Notes: generated from the letters alone by a model not told the origin. DNA of 64,000 bases from Octopus vulgaris (GCA_951406725.2 OX597822.1:73346001-73410000), one strand, 5' to 3'; positions 27,477-42,903 are shown, numbered from the stretch's first letter. Numbers and translations: made by a program.

Positions 27477-28183
27477 TTATGAGAGGTAATGTGTCATTGA
27501 GACCCAAAGGTGTCAGGTAATGCTGAATAAGTGCTATAGATAGACTATAGTTAAGTTCTGGGTTCGGTGATTATGCGAATAAGGAGTTCAACGTTGGTCA
27601 TATGTCAGCGTGCGTATATATAAATTTTTTTTTCGTAATGAGATAAAAAATCAAGGCTGTATATATGTATGTATGTATGTATGTATGTACTAGTGTTTCT
27701 CTTCGGGGTTCATAGATACTTCGGATTTCGCTAAAGGTCGCAAGGTATTCCACATGAAATAATGATATAAAGAATCAAATTTAAATATGGGTAGTTTCGG
27801 CTGATCAGACAACTGACTCCGGAGAACCATCCATATATGCATAAAGATGTGTTTATATGTGTGTGTGTGTGTGTGTGTTTGATGGACTCTCTTATCGTAA
27901 AAGAATATTAAAGGTTCAGCAAGGAATTGCTGAATCTTTAATAGTCTTTTACGATAATCATTTACAGCCTATGCAGATGATTTGTTTATGATGATGAAAT
28001 GTTTGCGCTGCGCATTTTTTTTTTTTTGTATAATTCTGTATTCTCTCTTTGGTTTTACATGCGCAGCTTTTTTTTTTTTTTTTTTTCACCCCTACGGTGA
28101 GTCGCCTAGTAGGAAGAATGAACTCTTAAAGAAAAACTTGGTCTAAACAAGGTTTCGGTCAAGACAAACTTTCTTTGCATTCT

Positions 28184-28283
28184 TTGTTGTGTTAGCCCTG
28201 TCTTTCGGGAAGAACACGAGACGAATTCCGGCCTTGTTGTGTTAGCCCTGTCTTTCGGGAAGAACAGGAGACGAATTCCGGCC
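28184..28283. repeat. 50-bp direct tandem duplication
   Basis: ttgttgtgttagccctgtctttcgggaagaacaSgagacgaattccggcc twice, one mismatch. Confidence 0.95.
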
Positions 28284-28659
28284 TTTTTAAGTCAAGCTCT
28301 CTCGCTGGTCGCTGCTGTGACGAATTTTTGCCCCTCTCTGATATTTTTTACGATTTTAAGACAGCAGGTCTATAAGAAATGCTCTCACTTTTTAAATCCT
28401 ACAGTAATTAGTTTATCGACAGTGTGTACACATTAGTTATGCTATATAATATAGCTACATATATACAATGATGTTTTTGTTGGTCTTCTCTGAGACATTG
28501 AATGTTTTTCAAGTTAGAAACTTTGATCTGTAGAAATGATAAATATGCTACAAAGAATCTCAGCTTTCAACTGTGTCAACCTGACATTAAATATAATGTC
28601 AATATTAGCAGACACACACAAGTGTCGCACGTGCGCACAAATGCACACGCCCGTATACG

Positions 28660-28690
<31 letters not shown>

Positions 28691-28772
28691 ACATACACAA
28701 ACACACACACACATACATACAAATATCTGCGCACGCATGCACACTCACACACATACACATAGAGATACACAA

Positions 28773-29010
28773 AGAGCGTGGTCTAGTGGATAGGATGTTG
28801 CACTCACGATAAAAAGATGGAGGTTTCGATTCCTAACCAAATCATTTCATTTCACGTGTTACGTCCTGATCATTTTGCCATCTGCCGAGCGACACACCGA
28901 GTTTACTGTACGGGCAATATCGATGATTTGATGGAGAGAGAATAAATGTATGTTCAGCAAAAACATTTCATCACTGTAACTAAATCATCTGTCTGGTTCA
29001 ATTATATATT
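28773..29010 (+). mobile_element. Old tRNA-derived SINE
   Basis: A box gtggtctagtgg, B box ggtttcgattcc. Confidence 0.55.
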
Positions 29011-29359
29011 TAAGAGATGGGGAATTATGTACATTATTTACATTATTTACATTATTTACATCACATTTAAACGCGTCTGCTATGACGAATTGGGCGTAAT
29101 CTATTCGTGGATTGTCTATGTGACTCTCGAGGTGGTTTATGAGTCTTGCTTACATACATACACACATAAATACATACATACATGCATACATACATACACA
29201 CACATATATATATATACAAACATACATATATACATAAATGCATGCATACATACATACATACATACATACATACATACATACATACATACATACATACATA
29301 CATACATACATACATACATACATGCCTACATATATACATACATACATATATACATAATT

Positions 29360-30175
29360 AGATAGGTTTATATGGACTTAATGGTAAGCGTATTTAAAAC
29401 AAAAGTCATCTAACGCCGTTGAAAATACACCAAATTAACCTCAGAAATTCAAACAATCTATCCTTACGAGCCGACAAAATCAAAACTTGTATGAACTCGA
29501 CTGGGACGCAGTAAGTTATTAAATCATATCACCACAAAATAGAGTAACTGCTCAATATCCATACAACGTGATAAACAATGTTTTTTCACCATGAAATTGA
29601 ATACAAAACATAGTTGGGAACCCTTCAATCCACAAATTTTAGAATAATTTTCATGGCAGCAGATTGTTCTAAAATTTTTGGATTGAAGGGTTCCCAACTA
29701 TGTTTTGTATTCAATTTCATGGTGAAAAAACATTGTTTATCACGTTGTATGGATATTGAGCAGTTACTCTATTTTGTGGTGATATGATTTAATAACTTAC
29801 TGCGTCCCAGTCGAGTTCATACAAGTTTTGATTTTGTCGGCTCGTAAGGATAGATTGTTTGAATTTCTGAGGTTAATCTGGTGTATTTTCAACGGCGTTA
29901 GATGACTTTTGTTTTAGAAATGCATGTACAACCTTCTGCTGTCATGAAAATGAAACAAAAGATTCCTCAAGCTTCGATATTGTAGAAGGTTGTACATGCA
30001 TTTCTAAATGAGTTCTCTTTAAGGCATTAAGATTCCGAACAGAAAACATTAAACGCTATTACCAACAATGATATCAATGTCGTAATGAGAACAAGAAAGT
30101 CACCATTACATTATAACGACTCCTTCTTGGTGAAAACAAACGGAAATGACATTTTCAGTCCATATCTTTTGATAG
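29360..30175 (+). mobile_element. Penelope-like element RT fragment with fold-back inversion
   Basis: With frameshifts: RADK..NLYELD..KLLNHITT..KQCFFTMK; SFDIVEGCTCISK*VLFKALRF; ITNNDINVVMRTRKSPLHYND. Confidence 0.75.
29394..29915. repeat. Near-perfect inverted repeat, about 255-bp arms
   Basis: aaaacaaaagtcatctaacgccgttg...ccacaaattttagaat / gttctaaaatttttgg...caacggcgttagatgacttttgtttt. Confidence 0.97.
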
Positions 30176-30202
30176 CTATGAGAGAGCGGCGGAAATATCC
30201 GA

Positions 30203-30267
<65 letters not shown>

Positions 30268-30899
30268 ATCTATATGTCTATCTATCTGTCTATTTATCTA
30301 TCTATCTAGCAAGCAAGCTATGTATCTGTCTATCTATCTGTCTGTCTATGTATCTCTTCACGTGCCATGACTACAGCCTTCGGCAATCATTGACCTCCAT
30401 AAAAGTCTGAATATTCATGAAATTTGAGAGGAATGGTGCTGCAATGTTGCTTTTACCAAGTTTATTTACAGTTTTTTCCGATAGGTTCCTCCTCTTCAGA
30501 GCTTAACTTCGAAGCACAGGGCCTATTTAGCCCTTAAACAAGGGAACTGTCCCATGTAGCATCAAAGCATGTCTATACACACACCGGTGGACCTAAGTGA
30601 TACATATGTAAGGGCCGACTCTCCTCTGAATCATATATGCTTTAGCCACAGGACTATTTTCTTCTGATACTTGCCTGATATTAGAGTCCCTAACAGATAC
30701 TACCACCCGAGCCAAAACGAATCTAAGGGTAGCGGTTACTAGGAGATAATTCCATCCTCTCCAGAAATCCTGAGTGTTTGAACTGGAGCCTCACACTCGG
30801 ATGCAGTTTAAAGCATTTTGCAGGACAAAATTTACGTATTATTCACACTAAAAAGAAACACAGTTTACTAAGATAGGACAGTACATCGATAACAGGTTA

Positions 30900-31740
30900 G
30901 CTACACCTTGTAATATGATTTGACATGACATGAATAAATACTTATGATAATTAGCATAAATAATTATTATAAACGCAAATCTAAAAATAATTTCCAGATA
31001 TAATACTAGATCTGAATATACCCAACACCATCTAAACTATAAATCACAGTAAGAAACAATGCATTTATCACAAAATTCAAGTCCTCCAAAATTCTAAAAC
31101 TCACCTTAGATAAAAGTTTGAAATAGAACTATGGAATTTGCCATCAAACGAGTAAATATTTAATAAAGCTCCCCAATACTATCCCACAGTGGTTTCAAAA
31201 TTAAAATAACATAGGACAATCTACACACAAAAACACCAAATACAGATATTATAAAATAATATGATATAACCCTCCGTATAGTATAGACATTTTCACAAAT
31301 ATTGCAAGGAACTTTCTAACAATAATAACTCACTTTACACCAACAAACACTACAAGATATTTTACCACTTATAACTGTTTGAATAAAATAGGCTCACATA
31401 TCTTCAACTGCAACCAAAATCTTGTAACTTTATTCTCATTGGAAAATGCCTATTGTCAATGCCGGCATATAGAACAAATAGTATTGAGATGGAAGTTGTA
31501 TAAGGTTAGCAAAAATTAGCCACAAAACCCATATACAGAACATATTTATTCATTTAAATCCACGAACAAAACGCAACCCCACACCACTATAACAAAACAT
31601 AACTTTATGTCAATATAACCAATGAGTTTGATATATACTGATGCTACCTTAAAAATGTTCATGATAGTGATAGACAGTTCAAGATTACAATTTTCTGAGA
31701 TTTTATCTGGTGAACTATCAAAATTGTGGTATATATCATT
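30900..31740 (+). mobile_element. Penelope-like element 3' part (decayed), probably continuing 29360-30175
   Basis: KII*YNPPYSIDIFTNIARNFLTIITHF near 31255-31335 (IIWFNPPYS motif). Confidence 0.65.
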
Positions 31741-31879
31741 TATAAAAATATTACTTACCTAACCACAAAAGTAGGAGAGAATAATGTACAATTAGAGGGG
31801 TTCAACGTGGTGCAAGAAAAGGACTGTAATAAAGATGTTAGGGCTTTCAGTTTCCTTACAAGAGAACTCTAAAGACATT

Positions 31880-32310
31880 TTCCTCTGGATAGGATGTAGC
31901 TACAGTGAGTTGCTTGAACTGTGTGAAAAGCATTGATTGGAGGCAATGTGCCTTCCTGTAGAGATAGGCGTTAAAAGGTTTTTGGAATCAGGGTTCGCTC
32001 GATGCTCAGGAACTTTTAACTAGCTGCAAGAGAAAAGATGTTGCCTGAAAATTGTCGGAGCAAGTTATTATATCTGACACAAGAGAGGCGAAGATAGGTG
32101 CAGCAAATTGAGCACTGTGGGTGGTAAAAACATCTGGCCCAGAGTCGTAATGTCAGCTGTGCGGCAGTTTTGTCACCTACATCGGTGAGTGACCCCCCAG
32201 ATAGCTCTGGTGTTGCGAGGTCCGGCACATCTAAGAACTGCTTCCCCACCTGATGAGACATCAACTCCGGAGTACAGCAGCACCCTCAGCACACAAGCGT
32301 TTCCCTAAAT
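31880..32310 (+). mobile_element. 3' end of an RLE-encoding LINE (R2 group, HERO-like)
   Basis: YSELLELCEKH*LEAMCLPVEIGVKRF matches the KYxxL...PVEVGxRGF restriction-like endonuclease C-terminus. Confidence 0.55.
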
Positions 32311-33347
32311 GTCACGAAGTAAGAAAGCTCAGAATATAAAAGATGATTACGTAACGAAGTGAAATAAAATCAGACAAAATGAATGAAATCAAATTATGTG
32401 AAGTGTATAAACAGAAATAGGCAGAAATACAGAAATTACAAGTCGATAAATTATACAACTTTACTAATATCCGAAAGTAATTGGAACGGTAGTCACTGGG
32501 TTTTATAGAAAAAACCGTTGGGGAAATGTCAATTGTCTGAATCATAATATGATCAATATATAATCTGTGGTTTATTTAGCATGAAACTTCACCAACGGTA
32601 TTCTATAAAGCCGCCTAAATTAAATTCGCATTAGTTTCTTTCTACAATTTATCGTCTTATAATTTAAATATCTGTGCATATTCGTGTTTCTACACATCGC
32701 GTATAATTTTATTTTACTTTTATTTTATGGTATTCTATTTAATTTCATCATAATTTATTTATCTTATCTTTTTCACTTTTATCTGTAATCAACTTTTATG
32801 CTCTGTCTTATTACATGACAGTAAAACTAACCCTTTCCTCATTCATTCTTCTCCGTTCAAACCCTCCTATTATACACTATTTCCTCCCACAATCGCTTAT
32901 ATATCAAGTGGTCTTTATTACGAGTTTGACAATTCGCCAGATGAAATCCTAATAATTCGAAATTTTGAGCTGTCTTTTAGGTTTCACATAAATGCTGCGG
33001 TTATCGTATTCTGCGTCTGGTGTTTTCTTTAGCGTGTAATACTGCGTCTACCGTGTACAACTGTGAACATACGTCACGGCAATACATACATAAATACATA
33101 CACACACACGCACGCACACACATTCATGCATTTGTAAATACATACGTACGTACGAACGTACGTATGTGTGTACGTGTGTAGATATGTAGGTATGTATGTA
33201 GGTAGCGAGGAAGGCTGGAAGTTACGTAGGCAGACAGAGGCCAGTAGAGAGGAAAGAGGGGAAGATAGATATAGTGACAGAAGGGAAGAGACAGACAGAC
33301 AGTGAGACAGACAGATGGATAGGTAGGTAGGTAGGTAGGTAGGTAGG

Positions 33348-33434
<87 letters not shown>

Positions 33435-33457
33435 GTGATAGACAAGCTGCATTTTGA

Positions 33458-33875
33458 TACTCTTTACTCTTTACTCTTTTACTTGTTTCAGTCATTGACT
33501 ACGGCCATGCTGGAGCACCGCCTTTAGTCGAGGAAATCGACCCCCAGGACTTATTCTTTGTAAGCCTAGTACTTATTTTATCGGTCTCTTTAGCCGAACC
33601 GAAGACGTAAACACACCAGCATCGGTTGTCAAGCGATGTTGGTGTGTTTACGTCCTCGGTTCGGCTAAAGCGATGTTGGGGGGACAAACACAGACACACA
33701 AACACACACATATATATACATATATACGACGGGCTTCTTTCAGTTTTCGTCTACCAAATCCACTCAAAAGGCTTTGGTCGACCCGAGGCTATAGTAGAAG
33801 ACACTTGCCCAAGGTGCCATGCAGTGGGACTGAACCCGGTTCGTAAGCAAGCTACTTACCACACATCCACTCCTT
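33458..33875 (-). mobile_element. SINE family A with an internal fold-back
   Basis: Reverse-complement copy; hairpin at 33588-33670. Confidence 0.9.
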
Positions 33876-34096
33876 ATGTATGAAACTTTTTAAACTGTGT
33901 GTTTTTGTATCTTATTTGATATAAAAAACAATTATATAGAAATTTCTCAAAAATTTAGCAAAATTCACACTATTGAGGCTTTTGCGTTGAAAATAGGTTT
34001 TACGTTGATAGTAAATTTTAAAAAATAGAGAACTTAAAAGTTTATGTGGAGTTCTTTCTACGACTTTCAAACAACTCATGCCCTATATGTAGCTAT

Positions 34097-34428
34097 GTGG
34101 AGACACAACGGTCCAGTGGTTAGGGCAGAAGACTCGCGGTCTTGGGATCGCGGGTTCGATTCCCAGAGCAGGCATTGTGAGCGTTTATTGAGCTAAAACA
34201 CCTAAAGCTGCACGAGGCTCCGGCAGAGGGTGTAGCGAACCCTGCTATACTCTTTCGCCAAAACTTACTCTCACTCTTTCTTCCTCTTTCTCTTGTACCT
34301 GTATTTCAAAGGACCAGCCTTGTCACACTCTGTGTCACGCTGATGCTCCCCGAGAACTACGTTAAGGGTATACACGTGTCTGTGCAGTACTCAGCCACTT
34401 TGCACGCCATAACTGACGGAGTGCCACG
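34097..34428 (+). mobile_element. SINE family C
   Basis: ggtccagtggttagggc..gggttcgattccc; colinear with 5255-5617. Confidence 0.88.
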
Positions 34429-34689
34429 ACATATGTAGCTATGTAGTTAAGAATTTCACTTCGTAATTATGCATTTCCGGGTTCGAGACTGCTATACATC
34501 AACTCTGGCAAATATTTCTACCATGGCCACTGAAGCACCAGAAACATGTTCTCCCAACGGCATACGAAACACGGACTTTAAATTTTTTTCATATTTATAC
34601 AGACCATCCATTAGTTCTTCTGAACCTGCCAGCGATGTGATTTTCTATGAGGAAAACGATAAACCGATGTATTTCAGGAAAAAGCTTTT

Positions 34690-35052
34690 AGGCGCTGGCG
34701 TGGCTGTGTGGTAAGAAGCTTGGTCCGGTGTTCAGTGCAACCGTGTGACATCTTTGGTAACTGTCTCCTACAATAGCCACGAGGCGACAAAAGCCTTTTG
34801 AGCGGATTTGGTAGACGGAAACTGAAAGAAGCCCGATTTATATGTGTGCGTGTGTGTTTCTGTACCCCACCACCGCTTGGCAACCGATGTTGGTATGTTT
34901 ACGTCCCTGTAAGTTAGCGGTTCGACAAAAGACCGATAGAATAAGTACCACGCTTTAAATATATGTTCTGGGGTTGCTTCATTCGACTGAATATTCTTCA
35001 AAGCGGTGCTCCAGCACGGCCGCAGTGTAATGACTGAAAACAAATAAAAGAC
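34690..35052 (+). mobile_element. SINE family A subfamily
   Basis: Colinear with family A; variant pre-tail sequence. Confidence 0.85.
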
Positions 35053-35182
35053 GATATTTGATCTGCTAGAATTGGCAATTCCGGCGTCGAAATGCAATGA
35101 ACCAATGATTAGTCAGTGGGAAACCAGCGACGCAAAATGCAATTATATAAGATATAATAAGTGGATAAATAAACCATACAGG

Positions 35183-35518
35183 TGAAGGCGCATGGCTCAG
35201 TGGTTAGAGCGCCGAGCTTACGATCTTGAGGTTGTGAGTTCGATTCCCGGATCGGGCTGCTTGTTGTGTTCTTGAGCAAGACACCTTATTTCCCGTTGCT
35301 CCAGTTGACACAGCTGTAGAAATGACTTGTGACATCACAGGTGCCAAGCTGTATCGATCTTTTCCTTTCCCTTGGATAACACTGGTGACGTGGAGAGGGG
35401 AGGCTGGTATGCATCGGCCACTGCTGGCCTTCCATAAACAACCTTGTCCGGATTGTACTTCGGAGGGTAACTTTCTAGGTGCAATCCCTTGATCATTCAT
35501 GACCGAAGGGGGTCTCCC
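35183..35518 (+). mobile_element. tRNA-derived SINE family D (CORE-like middle)
   Basis: A box tggctcagtggttagagc, B box agttcgattcc, then ttcttgagcaagacaccttatttc. Confidence 0.8.
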
Positions 35519-35537
35519 AAACCATACAGTCAAATCT

Positions 35538-35638
35538 CTACAACAATGCCTCGATACACGAGTTAATTCGTTCCTGGAGAAAACTCGTAAACCCGTAGTT
35601 TCGTAAAGCGGATCCTCGTAAAGTCAAGTATCACTGTA
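35538..35638. mobile_element. Tigger/pogo-like MITE remnant
   Basis: ..caatgcctcgatacacgag ... ctcgtaaagtcaagtatcactg-TA; resembles CAGTGGTACCTCG-type TIRs. Confidence 0.5.
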
Positions 35639-35992
35639 TATTCACAATGTTGCTTAACGTTGCTCAAGAAGATCGTGAACAAATAGACTGTACATACAGC
35701 TTTTTTTTTATTTACTTTTATCTTTTATCACGTTGATAAAGTTTAGTCGAACAAATCGAACCCTCAACTTATTTTGGAAAGTCTGGCACTATTTCTATTA
35801 GTTTCTGTTTGCCGAATCGCTAAGTTACGGAGACATAAACAGACCAGCACTGGTTATCAAAGTGTAGTGAAGGAGAAACTCAACACATGCACAAACACAC
35901 ACGAAGAGACACACGCACACACAAAACCATATAAATAGATAGAAAGATGGATAGATAGATACATAATACATACATACATACATTTATATAGG

Positions 35993-36082
<90 letters not shown>

Positions 36083-36337
36083 TTCAGAATGACCTCGAAT
36101 CCACAAAAGTAAACAAGAGTGACAGAAATAGGCAGAAACAAGGAAAATGCCACTTGCATTTGAACACTAATGCAAATATTCTTTTAAAAACTTTTCTTTT
36201 AATTTTTCCAAAATTTAATTGTTTTCCATACTTACAGTTGAAAAAGTCAAAAATTACTGAAACAGGTACTGAAATGTTTTTTATAAAATTATTTTAGCAT
36301 TTACTCCCTTGACTTTTTTCCATATATTTGTGTGTGC

Positions 36338-37789
<1,452 letters not shown>

Positions 37790-38252
37790 TGCATAAAGGA
37801 TCATGCGAAGTAAATGCAAGGTAACTCGCGAGAAAATAAATACACGCACATCGGCAACATTCGCTAATTTCTTGAAAACGGGGTCGTAACCCCGAAATAT
37901 TGAATACAAATTAATTCATATATTTGTTTTCTTGTGATTTGCCTTGCATTTACTACGCATTGTTCTGGGCTTACACACGATCTTTTATACAATATATTCT
38001 ACACAATGCCTCATAGTAAATATACATACATATATGTATGTATGTATCTATATATATGCATATACATATAGTTGGACTTTTGGATTTTTCTCAAAGCATA
38101 TTGGAATATTACACATATATACCATTATGCCTATAAAACGGATTTACGAATTCAATAACCATACATATCTTACATCTATTTTCTTTCCTCCACCTCAGTC
38201 TCTATTTGTATCACATCGAAACTAACTATGACTTAATTTTTCCTCTCACCCC

Positions 38253-38301
38253 GTCTCCGATGAAGTGATATTAATTGATATCCTAGAAACAGCTGTAAGA
38301 C
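38253..38301 (+). ncRNA. Minimal hammerhead motif, U4C core
   Basis: GTCT-CCGATGA-A-GTGATAT..ATATCCT-A-GAAA-CAGCTG-TA-AGAC; palindromic stem III ACAGCTGT; GUA site. Confidence 0.68.
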
Positions 38302-38366
38302 CTTCTATCTATAAATGCTTTAATATCTATACAGTCTTGGTTTTTTATCTCATTGCGCAAAGAATT

Positions 38367-38659
<293 letters not shown>

Positions 38660-39029
38660 TGAGCTTCCTTTCGGTTCTGTCTAAAAAATCAATTCACACG
38701 GTTTTGGTCGATCCAGAATTATTCTAGAAGACTGTCACCCAAGGTGTTGCACATGGTTGGGAAGCAATATTCTTATCCACACACTCATACCTGTATATGT
38801 ACCTACGTGAGCAAGAACTGTAAATAATTTGTGTCGCAACTATTTTATGTTTAGAGTGCTTTGCATACGAGGGAACTTCTTATTTTTCACTCGACCAGTA
38901 AAAGATGGCAGCAAAATCTTCAAAGTACTCTATACAATCTTTAAAAGGACACACTGTATAATATAGTCCCAGGTTAGTTATGACCTGAATTGTGGGTCAG
39001 CTCGATGAGGATTGATCTGAAGCAGATCA

Positions 39030-39430
39030 AAGGCTGTGAGCTGGCAGATCGTTAGTACGCCGGTCGAAATGCTTAGCGGTATTTCGTCTGCCGCTACGTT
39101 CTGAGTTCAAATTCCGCCGATGTTGACTTTGCCTTTCATCCTTTCGGGGGTCGATTAAATAAGTACCAGTTACGCACTGGAGTCGATATAATCGACTTAA
39201 TCCGTTTGTCTCTCCTTGTTTGTCCTCTCTGTGTTTAGCCCCTTGTGGGTAGTAAAGAAATAGGTATTTCGTCTGCTGTTATATTCTGAGTTCAAATTCT
39301 GCCAAGGTCGGCTTTGCCTTTCATCCTTTCGGGGTCGATAAAATTAGTACCAGATAAGCACCGGGATCGATGTAATCGACTTAATCGCTTCTCCCAAATT
39401 TGAGGCCTTGTGCTTCCAGTGGAAAGGATT
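39030..39430 (+). mobile_element. SINE family B dimer (tail 1 unit then tail 2 unit)
   Basis: Second unit restarts at ggtatttcgtctg and ends gaggccttgtgc..gtggaaaggatt. Confidence 0.9.
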
Positions 39431-40688
39431 TGAAGCAGATCAACAGCGTATAGTAGAACATTGCAACTAAGGGACGTTTCTGCATCCGCTTAACCTACGA
39501 CAAACAGCAACCAATCCCCTGCGAATAACATCCTACCAGCTTGTCTTACAACTAAGACAGGAAACAACAGATAATTATTATATTCTATTTTTCAATGAGT
39601 TTAGATGCAAGGGGCTGCATACTGAAGCTTCAATGCAGCTCCTCGTTCTCCTTAGTCTCACTTCAAGATGGCTGCCACTCTCAGTTCCAGACACCTTTTA
39701 TAACTTATCTCTACTGGAGAACTACATAGATGGCCAGACAAATAACACAGGAGTTATTTCCCTTGCTACCGTACTGTTGTCGGCGCAAAAAATATTGATG
39801 TAATCCTAGATTCACATTTTAGAAGAAAGTGACGGTTTGAAAACTTTGATCGGGTTTATTTGATCAGGGCTGATCTGAGGTTAAACAACAACCTTCGCCT
39901 CAGTTTACCCACATCCCACTCCAAGCATAGTTCAATGAAAACGGGAAATATATTTCCACCCTATTTTGCTGTAGTTTTATATAAAGCAACAGAAAGTTTT
40001 ACTAATCATGGCGGCGAGTTGAGACTGAGTGTTTAGAGTGTTAGATAGCATGCCACGCGCTATCGGTTCCGACTCTATACACTCTGAGTTCAATTCCTTT
40101 CCTGGCCAACTTTGATGATAGATTTAATTTGTCACTCGATTTAAAATCTTTCCCCCACGCCTAATATCCTGGGTACCTTTAGTGAATACCTTTATGTTGC
40201 AATCTTTTGGGCCAGGTTTCCAGTTTAAGGGTCACTTCCTCTCTCCAGTCTTGGGATGGGGCTTATTAAGGACAAGGGAACCGCTTTTTCTCACGATTGA
40301 AAGATATAGAAACAAAAACAATAACCAGAAGCGGGTTATACTTTGAATAGCAAGGCGCCAGGTTTCTTTAGAACACAAATTGATTGTACAGAGTGAATTG
40401 AAACAACTACAGCAAAATATACTGAAATTAATGTCATCGACCTTGAAGTGATGAAATGTTAAGCTGACCTAAGCAGATTTTGGACTTAAAGATTAATGGT
40501 ACACCGAATTTGGGTCTCCACCTGTTCTTTTCCTACTGTGATATCTGAACAGCAGTTGCCCTAAATAGTGATGTCTTATTAACCTGAATCATAAACGGAA
40601 CAACATTATTTGGCTCTGTCTGTTTCACTTTCTCTCCCCCCCCCCACACACACACTTCACACTGACATGCACGCTCTCATACCAACAA

Positions 40689-40748
<60 letters not shown>

Positions 40749-40810
40749 GTATATATATACGTATATATATATATACGTATATAAGCATATGTTTACATAC
40801 ACCTATTCCA

Positions 40811-41020
40811 TCAAGCATGCACGCACACACCGATAGACGTCAGTATACGAACGTCCAAACATACGATTTCAGACATGTGCGTACATTTGCATATATACAT
40901 ACATACATACATACATACATGTGTGTGTGTGTGAGTGTATGCAAATGTACGCACATGTTTGAAATCGTATGTTTGGACGTTCGTATACTGACGTCTATCG
41001 GTGTGTGCGTGTATGCTTGA
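40811..41020. repeat. Near-perfect inverted repeat, about 83-bp arms with a microsatellite loop
   Basis: tcaagcatgcacgcacacaccgatagacgtcagtatacgaacgtcc... / ...ggacgttcgtatactgacgtctatcggtgtgtgcgtgtatgcttga. Confidence 0.95.
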
Positions 41021-41193
41021 CAATATAGGTGCATGTGAGCATATATATATATTTACATACACATACACACTCGCACACGCAAACACATACACCATATGAT
41101 GTATGTGCATACATCAGCATGAGCACACACCGACAAAATACACACGCACACATACACAACTGTCCAATCATGTTTTGTTAGTGGCTACGGGTA

Positions 41194-41245
41194 GATGATG
41201 ATGATGATGATGATGATGATAATGAAGAAGAAGAAGAAGAAGAAG

Positions 41246-41278
<33 letters not shown>

Positions 41279-41289
41279 AAAAGAAGAAG

Positions 41290-41321
<32 letters not shown>

Positions 41322-41387
41322 GAAGAAGAAGAAGAAGAAGAAGAAGAAGAAGAAGAAGGAGGAGGAGGAGGAGGAGGAGAAGAAGAA

Positions 41388-41434
<47 letters not shown>

Positions 41435-41468
41435 AGAAGAAGAGGTAGAAGAATGAGAAGAAGAAGAA

Positions 41469-41500
<32 letters not shown>

Positions 41501-41667
41501 ATGAGAAGAATGAAGAAGAAGAAGAAGAAGTAAAAGAAGAAGAAGTAAAAGAAGAAGAAGAAGAATGAGAAGAAGAAGAAGAAGAAGAAGAAGAAGAAGA
41601 AGAAGAAGAAAAAAAAGAAGAACAAGTAGAGCAAGAAGAACAAGTAGAAGAAAAAGAAGAAAGAAGA
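41194..41667. repeat. (GAT)n followed by a long (GAA/GAG)n polypurine tract
   Basis: Direct reading. Confidence 0.97.
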
Positions 41668-42156
41668 CGGGGCTCTTGAATGGGAGTGGCTACAGAATGG
41701 TTGCGGTGGTGGTGGCGGCGGCGGCGATTAAAGTTTTGACGGCGAATGATGAAGGTGGTGGTGGTGGATCGTAACGGTAGAACGGTAGAACGGTGGAGGA
41801 GGAGGAGGAGGAGGAGGAGGTGGATATTTGGTAAAATGGAGGGAATGACGAAGGGAGCAGTGATGGTAGAGTTAAAGGGTGAGAGGAAAATACATAAGAC
41901 CCATCGACCAATGGTAAAGCTGCCATGAAATGCCATGTGGAGGCGGATGGCAGGTGGAGGGGCGGCATCACAACCCCGTCGTTACGTCAGCCATTACGCT
42001 TTACCACCAACCCGCTCTTCTGCACTCCTAGACTGTGACGTACTTCATCCGGAGGATGGAGATGAGGAGGGGAAAAAAACAAAAAAGGATAAAAGGGCGA
42101 TGTGGTGAGGGGAGGGGGAAATAGTAAAATATAAACCAAAAAGTAATAAATTAAAA

Positions 42157-42196
<40 letters not shown>

Positions 42197-42290
42197 GTAT
42201 AACAATGATATCATGTAAAAGTATTATTACAAAACAAACAAAAGTGCTATTAACAAAAAAAATAAATATACGAAACGAAACCTATAAATC

Positions 42291-42340
<50 letters not shown>

Positions 42341-42446
42341 TGCAGGAATAAATAAATAAATTAATAAATAAAGGGAAACAAAACAGTCCCCAGCGAAAAC
42401 AAAAACAAAAATCGTCATTGTTTTCTGGAGAAATTTTATCAAGGAG

Positions 42447-42529
<83 letters not shown>

Positions 42530-42688
42530 TACATATATATATATATGCATATATATATACATATATATGCGTGTGTGTATAGAAATATGCATGCATGTAT
42601 GTATGTATGTATGTATGTATATGCATAGACACATACACGTACATACAAATATGTGGTTACATAAATATATCATTCAAATATATGTATA

Positions 42689-42719
<31 letters not shown>

Positions 42720-42842
42720 TATATACATATACATACATACTTGCGTACGTACACACATATTCGAATTATAAAACGTTTTCATCGTGTATGTAAACAGCGA
42801 CAGACGGAGGGGGTAGTGACTTGAGCGACTGTTGAATGAAAC

Positions 42843-42903
<61 letters not shown>

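Noticed and set aside
27885-27958. Hairpin with about 33-bp arms
   Set aside because: Real but short, AT-rich and unassignable; no further support
31630-31740. Hammerhead remnant at the end of a Penelope fragment (gatatata-ctgatgc...tatatatc)
   Set aside because: Too many core mismatches and the stem is low-complexity TA
32245-32270. CTGATGA motif
   Set aside because: No downstream GAAA or stems; lies in the 3' UTR of the RLE-type LINE
35183-35260. tRNA gene
   Set aside because: Has A and B boxes but no convincing acceptor stem and continues into a SINE body; the same applies to 5255, 34097 and 62753
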